Assembly: GCA_951406725.2 (NCBI GenBank)
Contig: OX597820.1
Span: 83,452,001-83,516,000, forward strand
DNA from: Octopus vulgaris
Taxonomy: Eukaryota
Length of the DNA: 64,000 bases
Direction of reading: 5' to 3'
The position numbers were made by a program, and so were the translations under genes. The notes below the pieces were generated by a model. That model was not told where the DNA came from. It worked only from the letters and a program-made list of their open reading frames with translations, and did not search any database. Positions 13,445 through 25,565 of the stretch are shown one piece after another (position 1 is the first letter of the stretch; the number at the start of each line of letters is the position of its first letter).

Positions 13445-14665
13445 GAAGATAATAAAGACATAATAATATCTTTATTAATCACAAGGATTATCTGAAGGAA
13501 AACATGGACAGCATAGGACAACAAAAAAGATGTGTGTGTCAGTGTGTGTAGTTAGGAGAGTTTTGCGTGTAACGAAGAATGATACAATTATAGAAACAAA
13601 GGCGACCAACAATGTGTAGTCTTCAGTAGGGAGGAGACGTTCAAGTACTGCTCATAGAAAAACCCCATAAAACCGTGGGTGCCCTTTATTTTGAGACATG
13701 TGACTTTTTCCTTTCGTTTCTTTTTCCAGCTACAGACGTATGATCAGGGCAGGCCCATTCACTTGTACAATTCTCGTCACTTTCTTCCACCTTTCAGAAA
13801 ATGTATTAGAAAACAACACTTCCCTTTCTACCCATAATTTTCTTTTCAAGTGAAACCTAAAGAAGTTCATAAGCGTTTGGCCAAAGAAAAAAGTGTTTGT
13901 CTTCAGCCCTTTCAATCTGATCCACCACACAACATCTTAGGCCATGGCCACCATGCATATAAAAACATCCTTTCCTTCCCGGTTAAAGGAAGGATGCGAG
14001 GCGATAGTCACGATGGATTCAGTTGACAGCCGGATCTATCTCACACGCGACAGTAAGTGTTCGACATAAACCCACAGGTCAGCAATGCTCGGGCGAGTGT
14101 ATGCAGTACCGTCTCTTCGTCCTGCGCGCATCTCAGACATGCTCGGCTAACTTCACTTCCTTGCCAGTAAAAATTTATCTTGAGCAGGCAAAAATACCCG
14201 GTAGCACTGCAACGCCAGAATTTTGGAACTTATTCGTCTGTCCCGGCGCAAAAAGATCTCCGAAAAAGAGTGATTAGCTGATATTTTTCGACACCTAAGT
14301 TCTCCCCGAGAACATTCATCGCACTTTTCCTCCACTAAACCTGTATAAAACTTTTCCCATGATATTCCCGTTTCTTCTATCGTACATTATAAGTGTTCTC
14401 ACAGTCACCATCCATGCGGGGAAATTTATCTTTTTAGACACACTCATTGAATTAAACTGATAGTCTTTCATGCACCGCTTGAGATCTCTTGAGACTGGGG
14501 CCATGAATCTCATCTGGACCGGGGGCTTTCCAGTTAGGCATTATACCCGCTTGTTCTTTCAGATCACCCATGTTTATGACAATATTCTTTTGTTTCTCTC
14601 ATCCTTTTATTTCTGTCTTGACAATTCCTACCCACGTTGCAGCCCTTTTATGAACCGCATTGTTT
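13445..14665 (-). mobile_element. 3' end of an L1/Tx1-type LINE (zf-RVT/CCHC region + 3' UTR)
   Basis: Minus-strand CLRCAQDEETVLH knuckle (14100-14140) preceded by LALQCYRVFLP and followed by DLWVYVEHLL and WWIRLKG...FSERWKKV. AATAAA lies near the 3' end at ~13470. Confidence 0.75.
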
Positions 14666-14669
14666 CCCC

Positions 14670-15030
<361 letters not shown>

Positions 15031-16075
15031 GCTGTTGCCATCATTGTCCTTGTTCTTGTAGTTATCGAATACTATAATGATTTTCTTATGACTTTCATTA
15101 TTTCTTTATTTGTCTTCATGTAAAACCTTAGTTTCAGTCTGTGTCTTTCTTTCTCTTTTATGTTACGATTTATTTGAACACTTGTTTTCCATTATCTCTG
15201 GTCATTTTATTTCGAGTCCCTATTTTCTTGGTTTGTATTTACGTGGAATTCTTGAGGCCGACCTCTTTTTACAGCTTAATGACACCCATCGGCGCAGAGA
15301 TAATAGTTCTCATCCAGCTACTCTCAAATAAAGTTTATATAATGACATGTAATAACTACCATACTTTGTTATTAATTCTGAACTACATCTCATAGAATAG
15401 GCCTTTACCTTTAAAGTTCTACGCTAATTAAGTGATTTACTGGATGTATACAGGGAAACATAAGATGCAAATAAAAGATACAATTTGTAATATTATTTTT
15501 ATAATATGCATTCAATGAAAATATTAATGTACAGTGACAGTTGTACATCAATCGGGAGGAGATAAAGTCAGAAACACGAGCGTTTAGCGAAGGGAATCAA
15601 GCTACAATCAATTCGGTTTTGAAGATTGTAACCTAACCCACAGCTTCCCGAAATGTACGAGAAATATACATATCCAGTATTGTCAATTGGATATGTAACC
15701 AGTGTGGAATACTAAAAAAAAATACACAGAATTATTTCTGGAAAAAAAGGTGTCAATTGTCATTATGTCGGTATACCAAATACTTCATTTCGGAGTTTTT
15801 AAAACAATACAATAATAGTTTATATTCTTCAAATAATCGTTCTTCTTATAAACTCATTTCTAAAAGTAATTTTAGTGTCGGTAAAATAAAAGGTTGATAA
15901 AAGTGCGAACATCATTGTTTCATGCGTTTTTACAATTGTTATATCTGAAAGAAAAGTTTAGACGACTCTGAAAGGATTTGGTCTTTATATATTGCACGTC
16001 TACAAATTTTAGATTTGAGTTTATTAATGATAACAATGCATGGCTATCTAAATTTTGAGTAATTAATTATAGGTT

Positions 16076-16163
16076 TAGAGGTGTCTGTGTGATAAGGAAC
16101 TTGCTTCCCAACCACATGATTCCATGATCAGTCCCACTGCGTGGCATATTCGGCAGGTGTCTT

Positions 16164-16217
<54 letters not shown>

Positions 16218-16400
16218 TTGTGTGTGTCTGTGTGTCTGTATTTGTCCTTCCACCATCGCTTGACAACCGATGATATGTCCACGTCCTCGTAACTTAGCGG
16301 TTCGGCAAAAAGAGCCCTATAGCTTAAGTCCTGGGGTCGATTTGTTCGACTCAATACGTTGCTGCAGCAGGGCCGCGGTTAAATTACTGAAATCAATATA
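16076..16400 (+). mobile_element. CORE-like SINE (OR2-like) with internal deletion
   Basis: Matches the head (GCTTCCCAACCACATG..CAGTCCCACTGCGTGGCA) and tail of 57548-57968. Confidence 0.8.
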
Positions 16401-16909
16401 AGAATATTAAAATCATGCTTGCAAAATATTGCATCCAGCTAAGTTGTACATAAGGATTGCCTTTTGATATTCATGCTGCTTCTACCGCTTAATGATTCGT
16501 TTGATAAGTCTGCTGCCTATTTGCGAAATCAATGACTATATATTCTTATTCTCTGCGGTAGTGAAATTCGACTATTATGTCGCTGATGCTGCCACTCTCA
16601 TTCCGACCAGGTGGTCCACTAGCGCATTTAGTCGATGTTGATAATTTTTCAGCTTAAGGTAGGACCTTTAGAAAATGCCCAGGGTATCCTCTGTCGCTGT
16701 ATTTCCCACCAAAGGAGGCTTAAGAGTCGGAAACGCGCGTCAAGAAATTTGCTAGACGGAAGCATTGGGAAGATAATATGACTGAACACTGTTAACGTAA
16801 GAGAGACATTTTCTCCTCGGTAAATGTAGTGAAATTGCCTTTCGAAGTTCAAACTTATCACAAACTGGCCTAAAGTTCGCTTATTCCTAACCACTGCTTG
16901 CGATAGATG

Positions 16910-16940
<31 letters not shown>

Positions 16941-17729
16941 TTACTAACAGTTGGACCCGGCGTTCCTGGTGTTTTCCGTGTTGAAGTTAAGACAACCTCT
17001 GACCATGTATTGAAATCTCCTACGTTCTCGTAAAAAAACTATTAACCGTTAAGTTGTTATATCCGGTTCGGCATGCTGTTGCAGGATAAATAGATATGTG
17101 ACATGCAGAGGAAAAATGGTCAGAACAGGTGACGGGATTTTGTTGATGGAGTGGAGTTTTTGCAGCTGATGATGACCTGTTCAATGGCGAAGCGATATAC
17201 TGACATCAACTCACTGCCATGAGCCTAACTCACTGATCGATTGTCTTCAAAATCGGACCAAAGCTGTAGGAAAAATAACCTCATTATGGGAATTTCCATT
17301 CAAACGGCCGCCTAAGCTCACAAAAAATGATATATTCATATTTATATTTATGTTACGCTATATGCATATAGTCAGACTAAGGACTTGTATTCGTTTTGAG
17401 GGTGTCCAGAGTTTACTGTATCGATTGACAGGAAATTACAGCCAAATATTGATATCTATCATTCTACTGTTCTCGTTTATCTACAGGTTGATGATTTGTT
17501 GCGCCTCACTTTTTACGTATAATGTGTTTTTTATTAATATCTAACTTAATATCTAACTTCAATAATGTTTACTGTATCAAAGCTGAGGAAACGGACCAAC
17601 TAATAAACTCGTGCTATTTTCTAAATGTCACAATAAATTCTGTTACAAATAAATAGTATTCAAGTGATCGTTCGACATTTGTTCCTGCTCAGCATAAATT
17701 CTTGCATTTCGTAGTTTTCTTTTTTTTTT

Positions 17730-17913
17730 ACAGTTCTATATTTAAGAGATGAGGAATTTTGTACATTATTTACATTACTTACAGTTGAAGTATATTTGTC
17801 CTCATCTTGTTTGTAGTTAACACAACGTTTCGGCTGATATACCCTTCAGCCTTCATCAGGTGTCTTGGGGCAATTTCGAACCTGGGTTGTCATTCCTAAT
17901 GTATTTTTCGATG

Positions 17914-18000
<87 letters not shown>

Positions 18001-18196
18001 CCACTGCCTGGAATCGAACTCGGAATCTTGGAGTTAGTAGCCCGCGCTTTTAGCCACTACGCGATATACCTTTGGAATGAGAACCCAGGTTTAATATTTC
18101 CCCAAGAAGTTGAAGGCTGCAGGATATATCCGCCGAAACGTTGTGTTATCAACAAACAAGTTGAGGACAAATATCCGTCAATTGTAAATAATGTAA
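17730..18196 (-). mobile_element. Composite element: inverted tail copy + tRNA-like head + (AAT)n + hammerhead-bearing tail, locus A
   Basis: On the minus strand: A-box-like GTAGTGGCTAA and B-box GTTCGATTCC (17997-18066), (AAT)n 17917-17996 and tail 17730-17916. 18066-18196 is an inverted copy of the tail. The same layout occurs at 32515-33026. Confidence 0.85.
17819..17864 (-). ncRNA. Minimal type I hammerhead ribozyme with intact core
   Basis: Minus strand reads GACAC-CUGAUGA-A-GGCUG-loop-CAGCC-GAAAC-GUU-GUGUU, giving a 5-bp stem I, a 5-bp stem II and a palindromic AACGUU stem III typical of dimer-acting minimal HHRs. Confidence 0.85.
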
Positions 18197-18729
18197 GTGA
18201 GATTTTAAGTATGAAGAAGAGGAAAACCTAATTTGATAGCTTCTCATAATATCTTTAGATTTCTGCACGATGTGAGTGTAAACGTATAATATTTGTATGA
18301 CTGTGGTACTTCAAATGTTCTATGATATGATTTTGTTGGCGAAATTTAATTTTGAGGATTAAGGAAGTTACCTTGATTATATTAGAAATAATTTTAGCAA
18401 TTTTTGAAATCCTCATAACTGTTTGAAATTATTATTGCAGTATCTTGTGTTACAGAAAACATGTCATAGAAGGAAAAAATATATCAAATTTTCATAAAAT
18501 GTAATACATAGATAAACTGCATTGCATACTGAAAAATGTTATTAAAATTTTATGTACTCTTTCATGTATGTTGATAGATGCCCAAATATAGAGACACTCG
18601 CACATCAATGTGTGCACCTTTTTATGTATATAAAGCGAAATCTTGGAAAGGGATAAATGAAAAATATCTATACATGCCTACATTTATACAACACACACGC
18701 TGAACACATGTATACATGTTTACAAATTG

Positions 18730-20960
18730 GGCGACTTAATCGGCCACGATGGTGAGATCGCGGGTATTTGACAGGCGACTGTAGGTAAAACTTCCTGCCC
18801 ATTATCTGGAAGTTTTTCGTCACAAATTTGTGACCTCTTCAGCGACCATTTCCGTCCATGTGTGTCTTCCTGGTCCGCTTAATCCATCCTATCCTTCTGT
18901 TATGTATTTCCTTAACTGCTCGTGTGGCTGCGTTTATAACTATATCTGCTGCTGCTGCTGCTCTTGACTCTTACTTTTGATATTGTTCTGGTAACCCTCT
19001 CTGTTTGTTCATGCCTCTACCATCGTGGTTGTTGTTGTTACTATTGTTGTGTTTGTTATAACCGTTAGTGATGTTTTTGTATGTGTGTTTGTGGTGTATA
19101 AGTGTTTGCATAATATATTGTTTGTATCCGTGCCCAATATGAGGGAAACAACGACACAGGAGTTTGAGGAGATAGAGGAGGTTGCCAATGCTCACATGTT
19201 CATGTTGTCAAACATCTTAGGTGCAAAGAAGCGGACGGTCAACAACTTCCATGCCACTAATAACGACATCCCAGTGCTGTATGAAGCTCCGCAAGGACCA
19301 TAAGGTGACAACTGATTCAGTGACTGGACCGCCAGCGGGATCGGTGTGTGGGGCCAATGTTGCCAACGATTACCGAATCTCATACTTCCTCTCTGTGATC
19401 ACACGCCCTCGGATCAGAATGTCCCCTGATTTGAATGATATCACAGAGGACCTCCTCAGTAGAATCAATGAATGTAACCATGCCTTCGATCTGACGGGCT
19501 GCATAATAGGCAGTATGGATGTAGTATCCTTATACTCATTCATTGATACTGATTTTGCTGTGGAGAAATGTCTGCAGTTAATCAGGGAGAGCAGCATGAA
19601 GTGTCGTGGTGTTGACATAGAAGAACTTGGCCTCCTCTTGAGACTGTCACAAGGATTACATAGATGAACGTGACCTTAGTTATTTCTGCCCCACTAGACC
19701 GGTAAAAGGTAGACCCTCTACTATAACGTCAATGGCCAAAAAGACCCATAAAGGGAGATGGAACGAGTGAACTAGAGCGATACGGACCCCCGGAACCATG
19801 ATCAGGTTAAAAAGATGGTTTCACATGCGGTGGGTGCGTGTACGATTAAGGGTCACATATTTGAGTTTCATAACAAGTTATGCGCCAGGAGGAAGGTACA
19901 GCCATCGCTACCAGTATCGCTGGTGATGTGGCTATTTATGGAATGGTGGGATAGGGAGATTCAATGAGAGATTAGCAGAGAACTCCGTAATCCTACCTAT
20001 GTACTCCCGCTATGTAGATGATATAAACATAGTGGACAAAGCTTCTCCACCTGATAATGTCGATGAACTAGAAGTTTACGATATGGAGAGCATCCAGCAA
20101 ATAACAACAAACTCCGTCTACCAGAGTATTAAGGTAACCGTAGATTACCCTAACAAGTAGCCGAATTATAGGCTACCTAGCTTAGACACAGAACTCTGGC
20201 TGGAAAGCAAGAATAGTAAGGTACAAATCCTTCATTCTTTTTATACCAAAACTATTACCTCCAAATACCAGGTTCACTACGGATTAAAGTAGAAGAGAGG
20301 CCTGGAAACCCATAAAATCCCTGATCTGTAAAGCTTTTCCCTTCGTTAGATCTCCATGTACAGAGAACAATTATATAGCATGAAGGGTGAACCCACAGGT
20401 TAACTGTAAGATTAGAAATATAGTCTGTAGTGTGCGGAGTACTGAGAGAGGGTACGGGAACAAGACAACTACATTTGAATGACGTCATGTAGTGTAGGAG
20501 AGCGAATAGATGAACCATGGTGGGAGCTCAAACAGGAGAGAAACTCGCCAGTGTTTTAGCAACATGCCCAGGTAGAATATAGAATACAAAGGTTAAGATA
20601 GTATCAAGGCATAGAACTGACCCGACACTTAGATTATTGAGGGCAGACACATTGTAATAGAGAGACCGAGCCTCAATAGAAAACACGAATGGAATAATAA
20701 CACTCCACACCACCACACCACACGACACCACACAATGCAACAACTAAAAACAGAAGGCAAAATACCAGAAAACAAATAAAAATAGTGTAATACCCACACA
20801 AAAAGCATGCACATACCTATGATGAATATAAGAAATAAGAAATAGAGATACATACTATATAAGATTCACGGATATTAACAGTATAGTATGCAAACAATTA
20901 ATACATACACAAAAAAACATACGTTAGCTTCATAACTGGCCGCAAGAAAAACAACACGAA
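18730..20960 (+). mobile_element. Degraded Penelope-like element (RT region ~19140-20500) preceded by an inverted copy of its 3' region
   Basis: Peptides RKDHK, TEDLL, GSMDVVSLY (~19509), YSRYVDDI (~20002), LPSLD and ILHSFYTK. The reverse complement of ~19030-19132 resembles 20866-20960. Confidence 0.8.
18784..18848 (-). ncRNA. Hammerhead-like motif in the inverted PLE terminal segment (stem I damaged)
   Basis: Minus strand reads CUGAAGA-G-GUCAC-aaauuu-GUGAC-GAA-AAACUUCC-loop-GGAAGUUU-U. Stems II and III are perfect and stem I is only partial (GGU/ACC). Confidence 0.65.
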
Positions 20961-21236
20961 CAACAACAACAACAACAACAACAACACTTAAAAAAACAAC
21001 AGCAATAGCAACAACAATAACTACTACTACTAAAACGATGGAATTGACTGGCCAACTCCCTAAAAACTACAAGCCTTGTGCCTACAGTAGAAAATAATAT
21101 TACTGTTGGCGAACGTTGTAATAGAAATAGATGAAATACCGCCAAAATAACCTAAACTATTCATTAACTTCGATTTTGAGCTCATACTTTACTTGCATTT
21201 ACATTGCATCACTGATTAAACGAAATGTCTCGTATA

Positions 21237-21400
21237 TAGGCGCTGATGTGGTTGTGTAGTAAGAAGCATGCTTCCCAACCACATGGTTGCGGGTTCATTG
21301 CCAATGCCAGGCACATTGGGCAAATGTTTTCTACTACAGCCTCGGATCGACCAGAAACTTATGAGTGGATTTGGAATAGGGAAACTGAAAGAAGCACAAC
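21237..21400 (+). mobile_element. CORE-like SINE, 5' half
   Basis: Head GCTTCCCAACCACATGGTTGCGGGTTCA and core GGCACATTGGGCAAATG, GTGGATTTGG. Confidence 0.8.
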
Positions 21401-21659
21401 CATTTTGAAGGAACCTTAATTCCAAGGTATGCACAGTTTTAAGTAATATTTAAAGAAAAATATATGAAAATTAGAATTATGTGAACCACGACACCTCGCA
21501 TACACCCTTCACAATAAAATACCGTAACTTTCTATATTAACCATATAATCTATAACACATCTGTACTAAACTACTAATGGATATGAAACATTTGATCACA
21601 TTTCATTGCGGAAACCTTGTCTAAATATCCGATGAGTAATAAGAACAGAAACATTGAGA

Positions 21660-23990
21660 TTTAAGACAATTAGTAGGCAGGTATACCTACAATTTGGTAC
21701 AATTACAACTTTTCAATATGTGTTAAATAATTTTCTTTTAGAAAATATATACATTTGTAAAATGATTTTCTTTTGTTTTTCAGATGATTTCGGCTAAAAT
21801 TTCCAAAAATACCTACATAAATTTAAACAGTAATAATTTAAGTATATAAAATTATATAATGGCAAAAGGCATTTGGATTTCCTGCAGAATTTCCTACAGC
21901 AATCACCGCTTCAAAGGCTGATATTCCGACATTATTTATATATAAGTAACTGTAAAGAATATATCAAAAACTTCACCCACTGCGAAAGAATACTACAGGA
22001 TTGTTGCTCTAGATGTGCAAACAATATGGGATAAATTTTCTTGTCCTTATATTGGATTTGAAGGAATATCACTAAAACTTGAGAAATTGATTGAATCTGC
22101 TTATAAATTAAACAGAACACGTATAAGGCAACGAGGCGATAGTTTTGATAAAAGATTAGAGGAGTTCAATGAAACGTTTGATATATGCCTCTGCGTGCGT
22201 TATGACAAGCACATAAAAAGATCTGACTGTAGGTGTGACATAAGAATACCAATAATGGAATGGGAATAAATTGTTGGAAAGGGGAAAAAAAGACTTAATC
22301 AGTTAGGACGTGTGGACAGAGAAATGACTTCAGATACAAAAACAACTGCAGATAAAGCGAAACGATTTGTAAAGTGGAAGGCGAAAATACGCTTAGATGT
22401 GGACGTTACTTCAACTAGTTATCAATGCACAAGTAATATAATTGAAGATAGTTGTAACTCATATGTCAATGATGACGATGACATCGACTTTTTCCAGACA
22501 ATGAAATGAGAGAAATCCAACAAAACAGATTTACTTATGAGAATCTAGCCATCACAGCTGACAGATATCGGGTAAGTTGTAGAGCTACTGCTACCATTGT
22601 TAATGCAGCTTTGGGAGATAAGCTAGGTGGGCGATATGCTAGTTAACACAAAAGCTGAAAAAGAAAGAAAAAGAGTTGGAAAAATCTATGTTATAAAAAT
22701 GAAAACAGAATATAGAAATCATCTTCATCGCTTTTGATGGCAGAACTGATGAAACTAAAACAGTAAGAGAGATGGAAAGTGTAGAGCTCTATATTATTAT
22801 GAAAGAGCCCGGTGACGAGTATTTAGCTCACATTTCTCCAGATAATGGTACAGCTCGTTGCATTGCAGAACATATTATTACTTTTTAAATTGATTCTGAC
22901 AGTCAAGAAGGTTTAAAGGTTGTGTTATGTGAAAGCCCCCCCATTAAACACTGGTCATTTAGGAGGGGTAATTAAAATAATTAATATTACACTTAAATAA
23001 ACTACTGCAGTAGCTGATACGCCTGCTACGTACAAATGAGCTTCTGTTTCGACACGTATTTGAATCCATAGATGGAAAAACAACAAGACCACGAATATGA
23101 AAAGAATTAATTGGCAATAAAATTAAAGATGTAACAAACTTACAAATAATCAAATTTTTCTCCCGTAAAAAAACTAAATTGAAGGGGTTGTCCTCAGAAG
23201 TTCTTGATACTTTAAACTCAGACCAAAAATATCCGTATGAAATGTGCCTCAGTATTGGGACAGGGTTTGTTTCTGAGCAGTTGGCAGCAAAATCACCCGG
23301 TAAAATCCATCATTCATGATGATTAACATGTGCAAACAGAATTTTTCCATTATATGTTTCGGAAAAAATTCCCTAAAGTATATTATAGATTTTGTTTAAA
23401 AACATAACGCAAGTCTATGCTCCAAGCTGATTCTGGATTGAATCTCACCTGAAGTTACATGAAAGAGCAAGTACGTTTTGGTATATGGAACATCTAATGT
23501 GAGATATGAACCAAGATTATAAAGAAGTTATGGAGAAATCGTTACAAATTAATTCGCATTTTGCCAATCAGGAGAATATTTTAATGAACTACGCTGGATG
23601 ATGGAGGAAGAAAAATTAGGGATGTAGCAATTCAGCGTTGTTAAAGCAAGTATTTTTCCTTGAATAGTCCTTGAAAACTTAAAAAAATTAAAACTGCCAA
23701 GCAAAATAAATTTTGAAGAACAGGATTATGTCAATTTGATTTGCTGGGAACGTAGAGTTATAATATCCCCTCCAGATTTACAGAACTTTACAACTGTTGA
23801 TCTTCTTAAAGCTCGTTCAGGACTATTAACATTTCCTGTTATAGCCAAGGAGTCGAGCATGCTATCAATTTAGTGCCAAAATGTTCTGAAGTCAGAAGTA
23901 TCAACGAAAATAGGGACAAATTCATATTAAATGTACAGAACTCAAGACAAAGTTTATCTCACATTTTCTGGAAAAACCATCGTAATTTAA
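21660..23990 (+). mobile_element. Decayed cut-and-paste DDE transposase, probably hAT superfamily (hATm-type)
   Basis: Colinear remnants ADRYRVSCRATATIVNAAL (~22556), FDGRTDETK (~22732), NELLFRHVFESIDGKT (~23035), LNSDQKY, PGKIHHS..LTCANRI and SQGVE (~23842). Many stops and frameshifts. The superfamily assignment is from memory of motifs. Confidence 0.7.
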
Positions 23991-24216
23991 TTTAATAATT
24001 AATACTATTAATGCCTATTTTATGATGTTCAGTGTTTATGTCTTTCGTTATATATATATGTATATATATTTGAAAACACCACTAGAATGGGAGATAGCGC
24101 TAATGATCTAAGTGATATGATATATATATATAAAATGTAATATATAAATAAATATCTGTAAATATAAACCATCCGATCTTCTGATTACCTCATTTCTTCT
24201 AATATATATATATATA

Positions 24217-25153
24217 GAAAGAAGAGAACTACGTTATTGGAAATAATGGATCGAAAGGGTTCAGAAAAACCATTCAGTAAATGGGCACATATTAATTTCA
24301 GTTTGTTATGTATGTTAATGATTTTAATTAATATATATAGTTAATGATTATTGAATAATATCTAAGAATATGTTCAAATATAGTTATTAATGTAAGGTCA
24401 TGGGTCCAACAATAATGTGTAATATAAGTGTTTTAGTCAATATTATTTAGTTATGTATAAATACATGAGAAGAAGACAATTACATTAGCTGAATTACTAA
24501 AGTGTTCAGAAAAATTCTTCCAATAAAAGAGCATGCTTTAACTTCAATTTTTCATTAATGCTATATTTATACTTACATTAATTATATATTTTTAAAAACT
24601 AGACTTAGAGAACACGTGTCTTAATGCATGAATAAAACAGTTATTTTTCATTTAATAAATTAAAGAATCTTTTTTAATATAAGGATTCTAAAGGCCTCTC
24701 TTTTACCCAAGTTGTATCTCCTGCTTGAGACTCTTTAAGACATTGTACAACTAATAACATCCCATCTAAGTCTAAATTCAATGGTATTATCATTTAATCT
24801 CTATATGGACTTAGGATAATATAACTATATAATATAATATTAATAACCAATTGAAATTAATACGTGCCCTTCTAGTGGAAGAATATTTCTGAACCCTTTG
24901 GAGTCATTAATTTTGGTAATGTAATTATCTCCCTCTTTTGTATTTACACAAAACTAAATAATATTGACTAATACGCTTATGTTACACATTATTGTTGGCT
25001 CCGCGACCTTAAGTTAATAACTATAATTTAACATATTTTAAAATATTATTTAGTAATCATTAACCATATATAACACATTCAAATTAATATGTGCTCATTT
25101 ATTAAATGATTTCTTTTGAAACATGTGGAGTATTAACGTAATTCTGTTCTTTC
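24217..25153 (-). mobile_element. Fold-back structure: ~330-bp inverted arms around a PLE endonuclease C-terminal remnant
   Basis: 24217-24570 is an imperfect inverted repeat of 24830-25153. The spacer on the minus strand reads FRLRWDVIS...SRRYNLGKREAFRIL, similar to the PLE WxI...RCNLCxxE motif. Confidence 0.7.
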
Positions 25154-25277
25154 AATATATTTATAAGTAACTAAATAATATCAACTATACAACTTACAAT
25201 ACAGAAAATCGTTGCCTTTTTTACATTACATCAGCACAATATTGTAACATATTCTTGAAACTAATTTGCAAGTTATA

Positions 25278-25319
25278 TAGCCTTGTGAGGGGTAGACAGA
25301 AACTGAAAAAAGCCCGTCG

Positions 25320-25356
<37 letters not shown>

Positions 25357-25565
25357 GTGTGTGTGTGTATCTGTCTGTCTTTGCCCCCCCATAACATCGC
25401 TTGACAACCGATGCTGGTGTGTTTACGTCCCCGTAACATAGCAAATGGCAAAAGAGGCCGATAGGCTTAAAAACAATAAGTCCTGGGTAGATTTGCTCGA
25501 CTAAAGGCGGTTCTCCAGCATGACCACAGTCAAATGACTGAAACAAATAAAAGTGTAAAAGAGTG
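25278..25565 (+). mobile_element. CORE-like SINE, 3' portion
   Basis: Matches 57660-57968. Confidence 0.85.

Noticed and set aside
16940-17330. Possible Helitron/Helentron-type end (TACTAACAG..CCCGGCGTT) after (TA)n
   Set aside because: Only a short resemblance. No helicase motif or 3' hairpin/CTAG was confirmed.
17997-18066. tRNA gene
   Set aside because: A/B boxes are present, but there is no convincing acceptor stem and it is fused to a repeat tail. Treated as a SINE head.
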